Shown in pieces: positions 9,259 through 21,211 of a stretch of 64,000 nucleotides of DNA. Position 1 is the first letter of the stretch. Each line of letters opens with the position of its first letter. The DNA is from Rhodospirillales bacterium (GTDB lineage: Bacteria; Pseudomonadota; Alphaproteobacteria; Rhodospirillales; Defluviicoccaceae). The DNA lies in the NCBI GenBank assembly GCA_016710335.1, contig JADJXQ010000002.1, positions 385,537 to 449,536 of the forward strand, given 5' to 3'. Position numbers and translations under genes: made by a program. The notes below the pieces were generated by a model. The model had not been told where the DNA came from. It made no database searches and was given only the letters and a program-made list of their open reading frames with translations.

Positions 9259-9744
9259 ATGACCCGTTTTGATTTTTCTCCGCTGTTCCGCTCGACCGTC
9301 GGTTTCGATCGGTTGATGCGGTTGTTGGAGGACTCGAACCAGTGGGCGGAGACCAGCAACAGCTACCCGCCCTATAATATCGAGAAGACCGACGAGGACC
9401 ACTACCGCATCACCCTGGCGGTTGCCGGTTTTTCCGAGCAGGATCTGTCGATCGTCTTCCAGGAGAACGCCCTGCTCGTCGAAGGTCAGCGCAAGGAGGC
9501 CGAGAATAGCGCCGAAGTGCTGTATCGCGGCATCGCCGGTCGCTCGTTCAAGCGGCAGTTCCAGCTTGCCGACCACGTTCGTGTCGTCGGCGCCGCGCTC
9601 AACAACGGCCTGTTGACGATCGACTTGGTCCGCAAGGTGCCGGAAGCGCTGAAGCCGCGCAAGATCACCATTGCTGCCGGGATGCCGGAGAGCGTCGAGG
9701 CGACGGAGAGCAAGCTGATCGAGGGCGATAAGGCCGCCGCCTGA
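9259..9744 (+). CDS. ibpA: Hsp20/alpha-crystallin family small heat-shock protein (IbpA-like)
   Basis: MTRFDFSPLFRSTVGFDRLMRLLE...YPPYNIEKTDEDHYRITLAVAGF...LLVEGQ...GIAGRSFKRQFQLADHV...GLLTIDL. Confidence 0.9.
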   Translation: MTRFDFSPLFRSTVGFDRLMRLLEDSNQWAETSNSYPPYNIEKTDEDHYRITLAVAGFSEQDLSIVFQENALLVEGQRKEAENSAEVLYRGIAGRSFKRQFQLADHVRVVGAALNNGLLTIDLVRKVPEALKPRKITIAAGMPESVEATESKLIEGDKAAA

Positions 9745-9780
9745 CACTGGCTGACCAACAACGCTTGTTGATGTGAATTG

Positions 9781-9810
9781 CGGGCGCCGGGTCTTTGACT
9801 TTGGCGCCCG
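9781..9810 (+). terminator. Stem-loop downstream of hsp20 (possible terminator)
   Basis: cgggcgcc-N14-ggcgcccg, 8-bp GC stem, but no clear T-tract. Confidence 0.35.
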
Positions 9811-9870
9811 TCCTGTTCCAGCGTTTCCGGTCCACGACGCCGGGCAGGGAGCGCATGATGGAGGAGCGAG

Positions 9871-10173
9871 ATGGACGAACGAACACGGACGGAGATCGAA
9901 GCGGCGGCCTTCCGAGGCCTCATCGCCCATCTGCGGCAGCGGACCGACGTGCAGAACATCGACCTCATGAACCTCGCCGGCTTCTGCCGCAACTGCCTTG
10001 CAAAGTGGGTGATGAAAGCGGCGGAGGCCCAAGACGTCCCCCTGGACTACGAACAGGCTCGGGAGTTCGTCTACGGCATGCCGTACGAGACGTGGAAAAA
10101 CCGGCACCAGGGCGAAGCGACGCCCGAGCAGATCAAAGCCTTCGAAGACAGCAAGCCCCTGCACGCTTTTTGA
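9871..10173 (+). CDS. DUF1244 domain-containing protein
   Basis: ...EAAAFRGLIAHLRQRTDVQNIDLMNLAGFCRNCLAKW...YGMPYETWK. Recognised as the conserved DUF1244 pattern. Confidence 0.7.
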   Translation: MDERTRTEIEAAAFRGLIAHLRQRTDVQNIDLMNLAGFCRNCLAKWVMKAAEAQDVPLDYEQAREFVYGMPYETWKNRHQGEATPEQIKAFEDSKPLHAF

Positions 10174-10197
10174 CGGAGGTGCGTGGGGGCATCCCCT

Positions 10198-10638
10198 CTA
10201 CCACGCGCCGGTGTTCTCCATGGTGGACCACGGCTCCCGCCCGGGCAGCGCCTCGCCCTTCTGCAGGAGCTCGATGGAAATGCCGTCCGGCGAGCGGACG
10301 AAGGCCATGCGGCCGTCCCGCGGCGGGCGGTTGATGGTGACGCCGCCATCCATCAGGCGCTGGCACGTCTCATAGATGTCGTCGACCCTGAAGGCGAGGT
10401 GACCGAAATTGCGCCCGCCGGCATAGTCTTCCGGGTCCCAGTTGTAGGTGAGCTCCAGCATCGGCGTCGAGTCGCTGCGGGCGCGCTCGGCATCCTCGGG
10501 CGCCGCGAGAAACACCAGCGTGTAGCGCCCGCTGTCGCTGGATTGCCGGCGCATTTCCTTGAGGCCCAGCTTGTTGCAGTAGAAATCAAGGCTCTCGTCC
10601 AGATCGCTGATCCTGACCATCGTATGCAGGTACTGCAT
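10198..10638 (-). CDS. gloA: Lactoylglutathione lyase (glyoxalase I)
   Basis: [31 protein letters not shown]...LELTYNWD...[25 protein letters not shown]...[17 protein letters not shown]. Confidence 0.9.
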   Translation of the reverse strand: MQYLHTMVRISDLDESLDFYCNKLGLKEMRRQSSDSGRYTLVFLAAPEDAERARSDSTPMLELTYNWDPEDYAGGRNFGHLAFRVDDIYETCQRLMDGGVTINRPPRDGRMAFVRSPDGISIELLQKGEALPGREPWSTMENTGAW

Positions 10639-10850
10639 ATCTCTCCTCTCCGTGCTTCCAGTTGAGCCCCCGGGGTCCCCCAGGTCGGACTTCACGCCGG
10701 CACGATGCAACATAGGCAGCGATGCCGCCCGACGCTACCGCCCAGCGGCCGTTGACAACGAAGCCAAAGCCCATATAGTGCCGGTCTTCCGGGCGCTCGT
10801 CGTTCCGGGACGCATGTTATTTGTCTTCACGTCATCATTGGATCGCGCGC

Positions 10851-11264
10851 ATGTTTGCAGTCATCCGCACCGGCGGAAAACAATATCGCGTCAAGGAGAA
10901 CGCCCGCATCGAAGTGGAGCGTCTGGCGGGCGAGCCCGGCGACAGCTTGGCGATCCCCGACGTGCTGATGCTCGGCGGCGCCGGCGCGGCCCTCAAGCTT
11001 GGCGCGCCCCTGGTCGAGAACGCGGCAGTGTTCGCCGAGATCGTCGACCAGAAGCGCGCGCCAAAAATTCTGGTGTTCAAGAAAAAGCGCCGCAAGCACT
11101 ATCGCCGCACCCACGGGCATCGACAGGATTTGACGGTGCTAAGGATCACCGGGATCAGCCCCACCGGCGAGCCGCCGAAGCGGTCGGCCGATGATGCGGG
11201 AGAGGCCGGAACGAGCGCAGCGCCGGCTGCAGAAGCCGGCGGCGCAAGCGGCATGGAGGAGTAG
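10851..11264 (+). CDS. rplU: 50S ribosomal protein L21 (with acidic/Ala-rich C-terminal extension)
   Basis: [25 protein letters not shown]...[27 protein letters not shown]. Confidence 0.95.
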   Translation: MFAVIRTGGKQYRVKENARIEVERLAGEPGDSLAIPDVLMLGGAGAALKLGAPLVENAAVFAEIVDQKRAPKILVFKKKRRKHYRRTHGHRQDLTVLRITGISPTGEPPKRSADDAGEAGTSAAPAAEAGGASGMEE

Positions 11265-11268
11265 CAGC

Positions 11269-11526
11269 ATGGCGCACAAGAAAGCGGGCGGCAGCTCACG
11301 CAATGGCCGCGACAGCCAGAGCAAGCGGCTCGGCGTCAAGAAGTACGGCGGCGAAGTCGTGATCCCTGGCAACATCATCGTTCGCCAGCGGGGCACGCGC
11401 TTCCATCCGGGCGACAACGTCGGCATCGGCAAGGACCACACCCTGTTCGCCCTCACCGAAGGACGCGTCCAGTTCCTGACCAAGGCCGGCGGCCGCAAGT
11501 TCGTCACCATCGCCACGGCGGACTGA
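11269..11526 (+). CDS. rpmA: 50S ribosomal protein L27
   Basis: [48 protein letters not shown]. Confidence 0.97.
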   Translation: MAHKKAGGSSRNGRDSQSKRLGVKKYGGEVVIPGNIIVRQRGTRFHPGDNVGIGKDHTLFALTEGRVQFLTKAGGRKFVTIATAD

Positions 11527-11698
11527 GCGCGTATTGCCCTTCCCGTGGCGGCGTGGCGCGTGACATCACTCGAAGGACTGTTCCGGCTCATTCCGGTTGT
11601 CGTGCGCGGAGCGGGCGCCCCATGCAAGGCGTCGACCTCGAGCCACAAGTAAGGCCTCACCCCGCTCCATCCGCGCCGCGACCGGGTCGTGCCGATAG

Positions 11699-12730
<1,032 letters not shown>

Positions 12731-12734
12731 GGGC

Positions 12735-13883
12735 ATGAACACCGGACGGACATCCGCACGTCTCGCCGGCGGGCGCCGGATCGTCGTCAAGATCGGCTCG
12801 GCGCTGTTGGTGGACGAGGCGCGGGGGTCCATTCACGCGCCCTGGCTGACGGCGCTCGCAGAGGACGTGGCAGCGATGCGGGCCCGCGGCCAGGAGGTTC
12901 TGCTCGTCTCGTCGGGCGCGATCGCGGTCGGCCGCCGGCAGTTGGGACTACCGATGGGCACGCTGCGCCTCGATGAAAAGCAGGCGGCGGCGGCGACCGG
13001 CATGATCCAGCTCGCCCACGCTTACCAGGAGATGCTGGCCCGTCATGGTCTTACCGTGGCGCAGGTGCTGCTGACCCTGTCCGACACCGAGGACCGCCGC
13101 CGCTACATCAACGCCCACGCGACGCTCACCACCCTGCTGCGCGCCGGCGCGGTGCCGCTGATCAACGAGAACGATACCGTCGCCACCGACGAGATCCGCT
13201 TCGGCGACAACGACCGCCTCGCCGCCCGCGTCGCCGCTATGATCAGCGCCGATATTCTGGTGTTGTTATCGGACATCGACGGGTTCTACTCTTCGGACCC
13301 GCGGCGCGACGCCGAGGCGCATCTGGTGTCGGAGATCCACGCGATCACGCCGGACATCGAGGCGGCGGCCGGGGACGCCGCGGGCGGCGACGGCACCGGC
13401 GGCATGGTGACCAAGCTGGCGGCCGCGCGCATCGCTATGGGCGCCGGTTGCCGGATGGTGATCGCCGACGGCAAGCCGTTGAACCCGCTCCGCCGCATCG
13501 GGGAGGGAGCGCGATGCACGTGGTTTCTGCCCGGAGCGACGCCGCGCACGGCGCGAAAGCGCTGGATCGGCGGTTCGCTTAAACCCGCCGGCGCGCTCAT
13601 CGTCGATGCCGGCGCTGAACGGGCGCTGGCGGTCGGCAGCAGCCTGTTGCCGGTGGGTGTCGTGGCCGTGGAGGGGACATTCAGCAAGGGCGACGCGGTC
13701 GTGGTCAGAAGCGCCGACGGCCGCGAACTGGGCCGCGGGCTTAGCAGCTATTCGGCGGAGGATGCGCGCCGGATCATGGGCCACAAAGGCGGTGAAATCG
13801 AGGAACGTCTCGGGTACCGTGGGCGCGAGGAGATCATTCACCGCGACGATCTGGCCATTGACTATGGATGGGAGACGCCATGA
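12735..13883 (+). CDS. proB: Glutamate 5-kinase
   Basis: ...[15 protein letters not shown]...[10 protein letters not shown]..., C-terminal PUA domain (...[23 protein letters not shown]...). Start may be 12710 or 12735. Confidence 0.9.
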   Translation: MNTGRTSARLAGGRRIVVKIGSALLVDEARGSIHAPWLTALAEDVAAMRARGQEVLLVSSGAIAVGRRQLGLPMGTLRLDEKQAAAATGMIQLAHAYQEMLARHGLTVAQVLLTLSDTEDRRRYINAHATLTTLLRAGAVPLINENDTVATDEIRFGDNDRLAARVAAMISADILVLLSDIDGFYSSDPRRDAEAHLVSEIHAITPDIEAAAGDAAGGDGTGGMVTKLAAARIAMGAGCRMVIADGKPLNPLRRIGEGARCTWFLPGATPRTARKRWIGGSLKPAGALIVDAGAERALAVGSSLLPVGVVAVEGTFSKGDAVVVRSADGRELGRGLSSYSAEDARRIMGHKGGEIEERLGYRGREEIIHRDDLAIDYGWETP

Positions 13884-15163
13884 CCGCCGACGTCATCGAT
13901 CGCCGAGACAGCATGGCGCAAATGATGCAGCGCATCGGCGCCGGCGCCCGCGACGCCGCGACCCGTCTGGCGACCGCTTCGCCCGACGCCAAGGACGCGG
14001 CGCTGCGCCAAACCGCCGCCAACCTGCGGGCGCAAATCGGCAACATCCTGAAAGCCAACGCGAGGGACTTGGCGTCTGCGCAACAAAGGAACATGGCGCC
14101 GGCGTTGATCGACCGCCTGGCACTGACGCCCGAGCGCATTGAGGCGACGGCGGCGGGCCTGGAGGAGATCGCGGCGCTGCCGGATCCGATCGGCGCGGTG
14201 ATGGCTGCGTGGCGGCGGCCCAACGGCCTCGATATCTCGCGCGTCCGCACGCCCCTCGGGGTGATCGGCGTCATCTACGAATCGCGCCCGAACGTGACCG
14301 CCGATGCGGGCGCGCTCTGTCTCAAGGCCGGCAATGCAACCATTCTCCGCTGCGGCTCAGAAAGCTTCAACTCCTCGACGGCGATCATGGAAAGTCTCAG
14401 CGTCGGGCTGATCGCCGCGGACCTGCCGGCACAAAGCATCCAGTTGGTGCCGAGCACCGATCGCGCAGCAGTCGGCGAGATGCTGAAGATGAGCGAATTC
14501 ATCGACGTGATCGTGCCCCGCGGCGGCAAGTCGCTGATCGAGCGCATCACCGCCGAGAGCCGGGTGCCGCTATTCAAGCACCTGGAGGGGATCTGCCACA
14601 CCTATATCCACACCGACGCCGATCCGGACATGGCGCGGGCCGTAACCCTCAACGCCAAGATGCGGCGGACCGGGATCTGCGGCGCCACCGAAACCCTGCT
14701 CATCGACCGGGCGATCGCCAAGACGGTGCTGCCGCCGATCCTCGATGCGTTGATGGAAGCGGGCTGCGAGGTGCGCGGTGACGCCGAGACGCGCGCCATC
14801 GACACGCGAGTCGCCGCCGCCGACGATGGGGACTGGGACACCGAATACCTGGACGCGATCCTCTCGGTGCGCGTCGTCGAAAGCTTGGACGCCGCCATCG
14901 ATCACGTTGCCCGCCATTCTTCGGGCCACACGGAGGCCATCATCACCGAAAATCCGGCGGCGGCGGAACAGTTCGTCAACCGCCTCGACAGCGCAATCCT
15001 CATGGTCAACGCCTCCACCCAGTTTGCCGATGGCGGCGAGTTCGGCATGGGAGCGGAGATCGGCATCTCCACCGGCAAGCTGCACGCCCGCGGCCCGGTC
15101 GGCGTCGAGCAGTTGACCAGCTTCAAGTACGTTGTGCGCGGTTCGGGACAATGCCGCCCGTGA
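13880..15163 (+). CDS. proA: Glutamate-5-semialdehyde dehydrogenase
   Basis: ...[37 protein letters not shown]...[13 protein letters not shown]... ATGA overlap with the proB stop (alternative ATG at 13868). Confidence 0.93.
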   Translation: MTADVIDRRDSMAQMMQRIGAGARDAATRLATASPDAKDAALRQTAANLRAQIGNILKANARDLASAQQRNMAPALIDRLALTPERIEATAAGLEEIAALPDPIGAVMAAWRRPNGLDISRVRTPLGVIGVIYESRPNVTADAGALCLKAGNATILRCGSESFNSSTAIMESLSVGLIAADLPAQSIQLVPSTDRAAVGEMLKMSEFIDVIVPRGGKSLIERITAESRVPLFKHLEGICHTYIHTDADPDMARAVTLNAKMRRTGICGATETLLIDRAIAKTVLPPILDALMEAGCEVRGDAETRAIDTRVAAADDGDWDTEYLDAILSVRVVESLDAAIDHVARHSSGHTEAIITENPAAAEQFVNRLDSAILMVNASTQFADGGEFGMGAEIGISTGKLHARGPVGVEQLTSFKYVVRGSGQCRP

Positions 15164-15182
15164 CCGGGCCCGCCGCCAGATA

Positions 15183-15800
15183 ATGAGGTGCGGCAGGCGC
15201 GTGGGGCTGCTCGGCGGTTCGTTCAATCCCGCCCATGACGGGCACCGGCACATCTCGTTGATCGCGCTGGAGCGGCTGCGCCTGGATGAAGTCTGGTGGA
15301 TGGTGTCTCCGCAGAACCCGCTGAAGGCGACCGCCGACATGGCGACCATGGCGGCGCGGATCGAGGCGGCGCAGCGGATCGCCGACCACCGGCGCATCCG
15401 GGTTACCGGCATCGAGAGTGAGTTCGGCACGTCCCACACCGTGGATACCATCGCCGCACTGCGAAGGCGCTTCAGAGCGATCCGCTTCGTGTGGCTGATG
15501 GGAGCTGACAATCTCGTCCAGATCCCGCAATGGAAGCAGTGGCGAAGGCTGTTCCGCAGCGTCCCCATTGCGGTTTTTCCGCGCCCGACCTATTCTTTAC
15601 GGGCGTTGTCCGGTGTTGCGTCGCGGCGGTTCGCGAAAGCGCGGGTGCCTCCGTCACGGGCGCGGGCGCTCGCCGACCTGCGTCCCCCGGCTTGGACGTT
15701 TCTTCGCGTCCCTACGCACGCCACATCGGCGACCGAAATCCGGCGGCGGACCCGTGGGCCGGATGGCCGGGAACCGGAATGGACGCCGGAGAAGGCCTAG
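15183..15800 (+). CDS. nadD: Nicotinate-nucleotide adenylyltransferase
   Basis: GLLGGSFNPAHDGHRHIS...WWMVSPQNPLK...SATEIR. Confidence 0.88.
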   Translation: MRCGRRVGLLGGSFNPAHDGHRHISLIALERLRLDEVWWMVSPQNPLKATADMATMAARIEAAQRIADHRRIRVTGIESEFGTSHTVDTIAALRRRFRAIRFVWLMGADNLVQIPQWKQWRRLFRSVPIAVFPRPTYSLRALSGVASRRFAKARVPPSRARALADLRPPAWTFLRVPTHATSATEIRRRTRGPDGREPEWTPEKA

Positions 15801-15888
15801 TCGTGCCGGAAGCGACAGCACAGTAACAACAGATCAGGGATACGGGGCCATACCAACTGCAACAGGCAGACCGCCGGCGAATCATCCT

Positions 15889-16248
15889 TTGCTTGCGCTC
15901 GTGCATGCCTCACTGGAGGACGGCAAGGCCGAAGATGTCGTCGTCCTCGACCTCGCGGGAAAGACCACCATTGCCGATTACATGGTGATCGCGTCGGGAA
16001 CCTCGCAGCGCCACGTCGGCGCGATGAGCGAAAATCTCCGGGAGAAGATCAAGGCGTTCGGCGCGCCTCGGCTTGCGGTGGAGGGAGCGCCGCAATGCGA
16101 CTGGGTGCTGATCGACGCCGGGGACGTGATCGTGCACCTGTTCCGCCCCGAGATTCGCGCCTTCTATCAACTCGAGAAGATGTGGGGAACGCCGCTGCTG
16201 GTCCCCGCAGCGGAACGCGCAACCACACAAGCCGGTCATTCAGTCTGA
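15889..16248 (+). CDS. rsfS: Ribosome silencing factor RsfS
   Basis: ...LEDGKAEDVVVLDLAGKTTIADYMVIASGTSQRHVGAMSENL...DWVLIDAGDVIVHLFRPEIRAFYQLEKMW. Start is uncertain (TTG 15889 or GTG near 15900). Confidence 0.85.
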   Translation: MLALVHASLEDGKAEDVVVLDLAGKTTIADYMVIASGTSQRHVGAMSENLREKIKAFGAPRLAVEGAPQCDWVLIDAGDVIVHLFRPEIRAFYQLEKMWGTPLLVPAAERATTQAGHSV

Positions 16249-16412
16249 AGTCGAACGATCGCGTCAGAAGCCCTACGCCGCGCGGTTTATCAGCGCAGTG
16301 CAGCGCGCCCGGCCGTATCGACATCGCTCATCCGCCCCTTGATCGACAGCGGGGACCGGACTAAACGGTTCCGGCAGAGTCGATCAGGCTCCGCCCTCTC
16401 GCATCGGAAACC

Positions 16413-17384
16413 ATGGACGTCCTCATCGACCTTCAAGGGCTGAAGAAGCACTTCGGCGCGATCGCGGCCGTGGACGGCGTTTCCCTCCGCGTCCACCGCG
16501 GCGAGGTCATGGGCTTTCTCGGCCCCAATGGCGCCGGCAAGACCACCACGATGCGCATGATCACAGGATTTCTGCGCCCCGATGGCGGCACCGCCATCGT
16601 CGTCGGCAAGGACGTCAGCCGGGACCCGATCAGCGTCAAGCGCACCATCGGCTATCTGCCGGAAGGCGCGCCGCTCTATGGCGACATGACCCCTGCCTCG
16701 TTCCTCGCCTTCGTCGCCGACGTGCGGGGCGTCCGGGCCGGCGAACGGGCCGGCCGTCTTGATCGCGTGCGAGAGCTTCTCCATTTGGGTCCGGTCTGGC
16801 TGCAACCGATCGATACGCTTTCCAAGGGATTCAAGCGTCGGGTCGGCTTGGCGCAGGCCATCCTGCTCGATCCCGAGGTGCTGATCCTCGACGAGCCGAC
16901 CGACGGCCTCGATCCCAACCAGAAGCACGAGGTGCGGGCGCTGCTGACGGAGATGGCCGCCAACAAGGCGATCATCATTTCCACCCACATCCTTGAAGAG
17001 GTGGAGGCGGTGTGCAGCCGCGCCGTCATCATCGCACGTGGGCGGGTCGTCGCCGATGAAACGCCGGAGGCCTTGCTGGCGCGCTCGCGGTTCCACAACG
17101 CCGTGACGGTGCGGGTGGCTTTCGGCCGCCATGATGAAGCGGCGGCGGCCTTGCGCCGGGTCGCGACGGTCGCGCGGGTCGAAACCCAGCGCGCCGTCGA
17201 CGGCGCCATGGGCATCGTCGCTTTCCCGGCAGACGGCGCGGAAATCCTCGACGATGTCCATGCCGCGATCGAAGGCGCCGGCGTGCCGGTCGAGGAGATC
17301 GGCGAGCAGCGCGGTCGCCTGGACGATGTCTTCCGCGCTCTGACCGCGGATTCGCCGCGACCATCGCCAGCCGAGGCGAGATAG
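16413..17384 (+). CDS. ABC transporter ATP-binding protein (ABC-2/GldA-like)
   Basis: Walker A GPNGAGKTT, signature LSKGFKRRVGLAQA, Walker B LILDEPTDGLD. Confidence 0.9.
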   Translation: MDVLIDLQGLKKHFGAIAAVDGVSLRVHRGEVMGFLGPNGAGKTTTMRMITGFLRPDGGTAIVVGKDVSRDPISVKRTIGYLPEGAPLYGDMTPASFLAFVADVRGVRAGERAGRLDRVRELLHLGPVWLQPIDTLSKGFKRRVGLAQAILLDPEVLILDEPTDGLDPNQKHEVRALLTEMAANKAIIISTHILEEVEAVCSRAVIIARGRVVADETPEALLARSRFHNAVTVRVAFGRHDEAAAALRRVATVARVETQRAVDGAMGIVAFPADGAEILDDVHAAIEGAGVPVEEIGEQRGRLDDVFRALTADSPRPSPAEAR

Positions 17385-17391
17385 GACGCAG

Positions 17392-18132
17392 ATGAGCCCG
17401 GCTGCCGTTTCCGCAATCTGCAGGCGCGAGTTCACGGCGTACTTCACGTCGCCGCTGGCCTACGTATTCATCTGTATCTTTCTGGCGCTGGCCGGTTCGC
17501 TGACGTTCTTCGTCGGCGGCTTTTTCGTTCGCGGCGAAGCCGACCTGCAACCGTTCTTCCAGTTCCATCCGTGGCTTTACCTGCTGCTGATTCCGGCAAT
17601 CGGCATGCGTCTGTGGGCGGAAGAGCGCAAGAGCGGCACCCTGGAGTTGCTGATGACCTTACCGATCACTGCTGCCGATGCGGTGGTCGGCAAGTTCCTG
17701 GCGGCGTGGCTGTTCGCCGGCATCGCGCTCGTGCTGACCTTCCCGCTGTGGATCACCGTCAACGTGCTCGGCAGCCCGGACAACGGCGTCATCGCCGCCG
17801 CCTACATCGGGAGCTGGCTGATGGCCGGGGGCTTCCTGGCGCTGAGCGCCTGCGCCTCGGCGCTGACCCCCAACCAGGTCATCGCCTTCGTGCTCGGGGC
17901 CACGCTGGGCTTCCTGTTCCTGATGAGCGGCGTCGAGGTGGTGCAATCGATCATCCGCGGCTGGCTGCCGCCGGTCTTCGTCGACGCCATCGCCGATTTC
18001 AGCTTCCTTTCCAACTTCGATTCCTTGGCGCGGGGCGTCATCGAGCTTCGCACCGTCGTGTTCTTCCTGTCGTTGATCGGGGCGGGCCTGGTGATCAACA
18101 CCGCCATCATCGAACTCAAGAAAAGCGCGTGA
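17392..18132 (+). CDS. ABC-2 type transporter permease (GldF-like)
   Basis: 246-aa polytopic membrane protein directly following the ATPase: ...FTAYFTSPLAYVFICIFLAL... Confidence 0.8.
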   Translation: MSPAAVSAICRREFTAYFTSPLAYVFICIFLALAGSLTFFVGGFFVRGEADLQPFFQFHPWLYLLLIPAIGMRLWAEERKSGTLELLMTLPITAADAVVGKFLAAWLFAGIALVLTFPLWITVNVLGSPDNGVIAAAYIGSWLMAGGFLALSACASALTPNQVIAFVLGATLGFLFLMSGVEVVQSIIRGWLPPVFVDAIADFSFLSNFDSLARGVIELRTVVFFLSLIGAGLVINTAIIELKKSA

Positions 18133-18136
18133 CGCC

Positions 18137-20099
18137 ATGGCATTGTCGCTGCGCATCCTCGGTTCCACTTCTCCCAGCTCCACCGCCCTGGCCGCCATCG
18201 CGATCGTCCTCGCCATCGTGTTCTTCTTCGCGGTCAATATTCTTGCGGGAAGTACGTTGAAAACGGCGCGCCTCGACCTGACGGAGGACGGCATCTACAC
18301 GCTGACCGACGCGACGCGCGCGGTTCTGGCCGCGATCGACGAACCGATCCGGTTGCGCTACTACCGGTCCTCCCAACTCGAGACGTTCGGCCCGTACTAC
18401 GCCAATCACGCGGCGCGGGTCGACGCCCTGTTGGAGCAGTATGCGCGCATTGCCGATGGGCGGTTGGAGATCGAGCGGTTTGATCCGGAGCCCTATGCGC
18501 CGGAGGAAGATCTGGCGGTGGCGGACGGGATCAGCCCGCTTACCGTCGGCAACGGCGGGTCTCTCGCCTACTTCGGCATCGCCGGCACCAACGCTACAGA
18601 CGATGATGAAGCGATCCCGTACCTGGCGCCGGAGCGGGCCGAGTTCCTGGAGTACGACCTGACGCGCCTGATCCACGATCTCGCCAACCCCGACAAGCAG
18701 GTGGTCGGCGTCATCGGCGACCTTCCCCTGTTCGGCGACCAGTTCAGCCGCGGACAGCCGTGGATGGTGGCCGAAAGCCTGCAGGCGTTCTTCACCGTGC
18801 GCATGCTGAAGGGCGGCTCGCTCGAGGTCGACGACGACGTCGACATCCTGCTCCTCGCCCAGCCGACGACCATCGACGACAAGACCCTCTACGCCATCGA
18901 CCAGTTCGTTCTCAGAGGCGGCAAGGTTCTCGCGTTCGTCGATCCGTTCGCCGAAACCCTCGCGGTGCCTGGTCGCCCGCCGGGTGCCGCCAGCGCCGTG
19001 CAGACGCTGGAGCCGCTCCTCACGGCCTGGGGGGTGGAGGTGACGCCGGGACAGGTGGTCGGCGACCGCAACACGGCGCTGCGGGTGCGGGCCCGCCATC
19101 AGGGTCGGCCGGTCATCACCGACTACGTGGTGTGGCTGGCGCTCGGCAAGGCGCAGATGGCGGCCGACGATGCGGTCAGCGGCGACCTCCAGGTGGTGGT
19201 CATGAAAAGCGCCGGCGCCATTCGCGGCCGCGACGGCGCGACGACCACGGTGGAGCCGTTGATCACCACCAGCCCGGAAGCCATGCTGATCGACGTCCAG
19301 TCCATCCAGTTCCTGCCGGAGCCGATCAAGCTGTTGCAGGCGTTCGTTCCGGCCGGTCAGCCATTCACCGTCGCCGCCCGCGTTACCGGACCGGTGTCCA
19401 CGGCGTTTCCCGACGGACCCCCAAAGGACGGCGACACAGAGGACGACGCGCAGACCGGGGGCGCCGCCGGCGACCCGCAGCAAGACGAGGGCGCCGCGGA
19501 TGCGCTTTCCATCTCACCAGATCAGGGAGCCGCTGCAGCTCATCCTGGTGAGCGACGCCGACATGTTGGCCGACGAGAACTGGGTGCGCAGCCAGTCCCT
19601 GCTCGGTCAGGAGTTCTCGGTGCCGACGGCCAACAACGCCGATCTCGCCCTTGCGGCGCTGGAGAGCCTTGCCGGAGGACCCGCCATGGCGGGGTTGCGC
19701 GGCCGTGGCATCACGGATCGCCGCTTCGAGGTCGTGGAAGCGATGAGGCGCAGCGCCGATGACCAGTTCCGCGACAAGGAGCAGGAGCTGCTCGCCAAGA
19801 TCGAGGAAATCCGCAACCGGATCAACGCGCTGCAAACGGAAGAGCCGGGATCTGAGGTGCTGCTGACGGCAGAGCAACAGAACGCAGTCCAGCAGTTTCG
19901 CGGCGAATTGATCAACCTCCGCACGGAGCTTCGCGACGTGCAGTTCGCGCTGCGCAATGACGTGGAGAGGCTGGAGACGTGGTTGCAGGTGCTCAACATC
20001 TGGCTGGTGCCGGCCATCGTCGCAATGGTTGCCGTCGGGCTGGCGATCGTGCGCCGGCGGCGCGCCGCGCGTTTTCACGCCGGACAGGCAACGGGTTGA
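18137..20099 (+). pseudogene. GldG-like ABC-transporter auxiliary protein, reading frame broken near 19495-19520 (frameshift or sequencing error)
   Basis: The N-terminal 450 aa of ORF 18137..19762 look genuine (signal anchor, ...YYRSSQLE...DLPLFGD...). The rest of that ORF is Arg/Gly junk. The genuine C-terminus (...LQLILVSDADMLADENW...coiled coil...TM anchor) is in ORF 19500..20099, another frame. Confidence 0.75.
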
Positions 20100-20106
20100 G
20101 CATGCG

Positions 20107-21192
20107 ATGAGTAGCAAGTTTGTCCTCGCCGCCGCCATCGTCACCCTCATCACCCTGATCGCTGCCGTCGTCGCGGTTCTCGATCGGCCCGGCGTGGATG
20201 TGGCCCAACTCAGCGGCGAGCCCGCCTTTCCCCGCCTTCGCGACGCCCCGGATGCCGTCGCCCGCATCATCATTGCCGACAAGGATCGATCTTTTACGGT
20301 GGTTCGCGAGCACGGCGGGCTGTGGGTTGCGCCGGACCAGCATGACTATCCGGCGTCTGCCAACGCGGTCCGCGAGCTGGTGGCGACCATGGCCGCCATG
20401 GATTTGATCGAGAGCAAGACCGCCAAGCCGGACAAGTTCACCCGGCTCGAAGTGGAGGACATCGCCGCCGCCGACGCCCAATCCCGTCGCGTCCGCTTGG
20501 AAGACGCCGATGGCGAGGTGCTGGCGGATGTCGTCGTCGGCAAGCGCCGCCACGGCTTTACCGGCGGCCGCGACACCGGCACCTACCTCCGCCGCGCTGT
20601 CGACGAACGGGCGTGGCTGGCGAGCGGCGGCCTGGTGGTGAACACCTCCCCGTCCGCCTGGCTCGACGACAGCATCGTCGATATCGCCCCCGAGACGGTC
20701 GCCCAAGTCACCATCTCGCCGCCGCGCGGCCCGACCTACTCCCTCGCCAGGGACACTCCCGACGCGAATCTGGCGGTCGTTGAAGGCGCCCCGGTCGGCG
20801 GCGCCGGAGAAACGCCGGCGGTCGCGCGCATGGCGTCGCTGCTGACGGACGTCCGGTTCGAAGACGTGCGCCCGGCTGGCGACGTGACGGTGCCGGAGGA
20901 CGCCGCCGTCGCCCGCGTCCGCACCTTCGACGGCCTGGAGGTGACGGTGCGCACGGCCGACATCGACGGCGAGATTTGGGCAGTGGCGTCGGCAGAAGCG
21001 GCGGTGGACGCCGCGGACGCAAGCGACGAAGTCGACGCCGTTCGCGAAATCGCCCGCGCCATCAACGACCGCGCCAGCGGCTGGGTGTACAGGATCGGCG
21101 CTTCACTCGCAGCCCGCCTGCGAACGCCGCTGGAAAGCCTCCTCGCCGACGGTGGCCCCGGCCCGCTCCCGCAAGCGTGGCCGAGCCGCTGA
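20107..21192 (+). CDS. DUF4340 domain-containing protein (partner of GldG-like ABC systems)
   Basis: MSSKFVLAAAIVTLITLIAAVVAVL (N-terminal anchor) followed by a repeated beta-rich domain. This is the usual fourth gene of this cluster. Confidence 0.65.
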   Translation: MSSKFVLAAAIVTLITLIAAVVAVLDRPGVDVAQLSGEPAFPRLRDAPDAVARIIIADKDRSFTVVREHGGLWVAPDQHDYPASANAVRELVATMAAMDLIESKTAKPDKFTRLEVEDIAAADAQSRRVRLEDADGEVLADVVVGKRRHGFTGGRDTGTYLRRAVDERAWLASGGLVVNTSPSAWLDDSIVDIAPETVAQVTISPPRGPTYSLARDTPDANLAVVEGAPVGGAGETPAVARMASLLTDVRFEDVRPAGDVTVPEDAAVARVRTFDGLEVTVRTADIDGEIWAVASAEAAVDAADASDEVDAVREIARAINDRASGWVYRIGASLAARLRTPLESLLADGGPGPLPQAWPSR

Positions 21193-21211
21193 GCGGATTG
21201 GCCAGGGCTCT

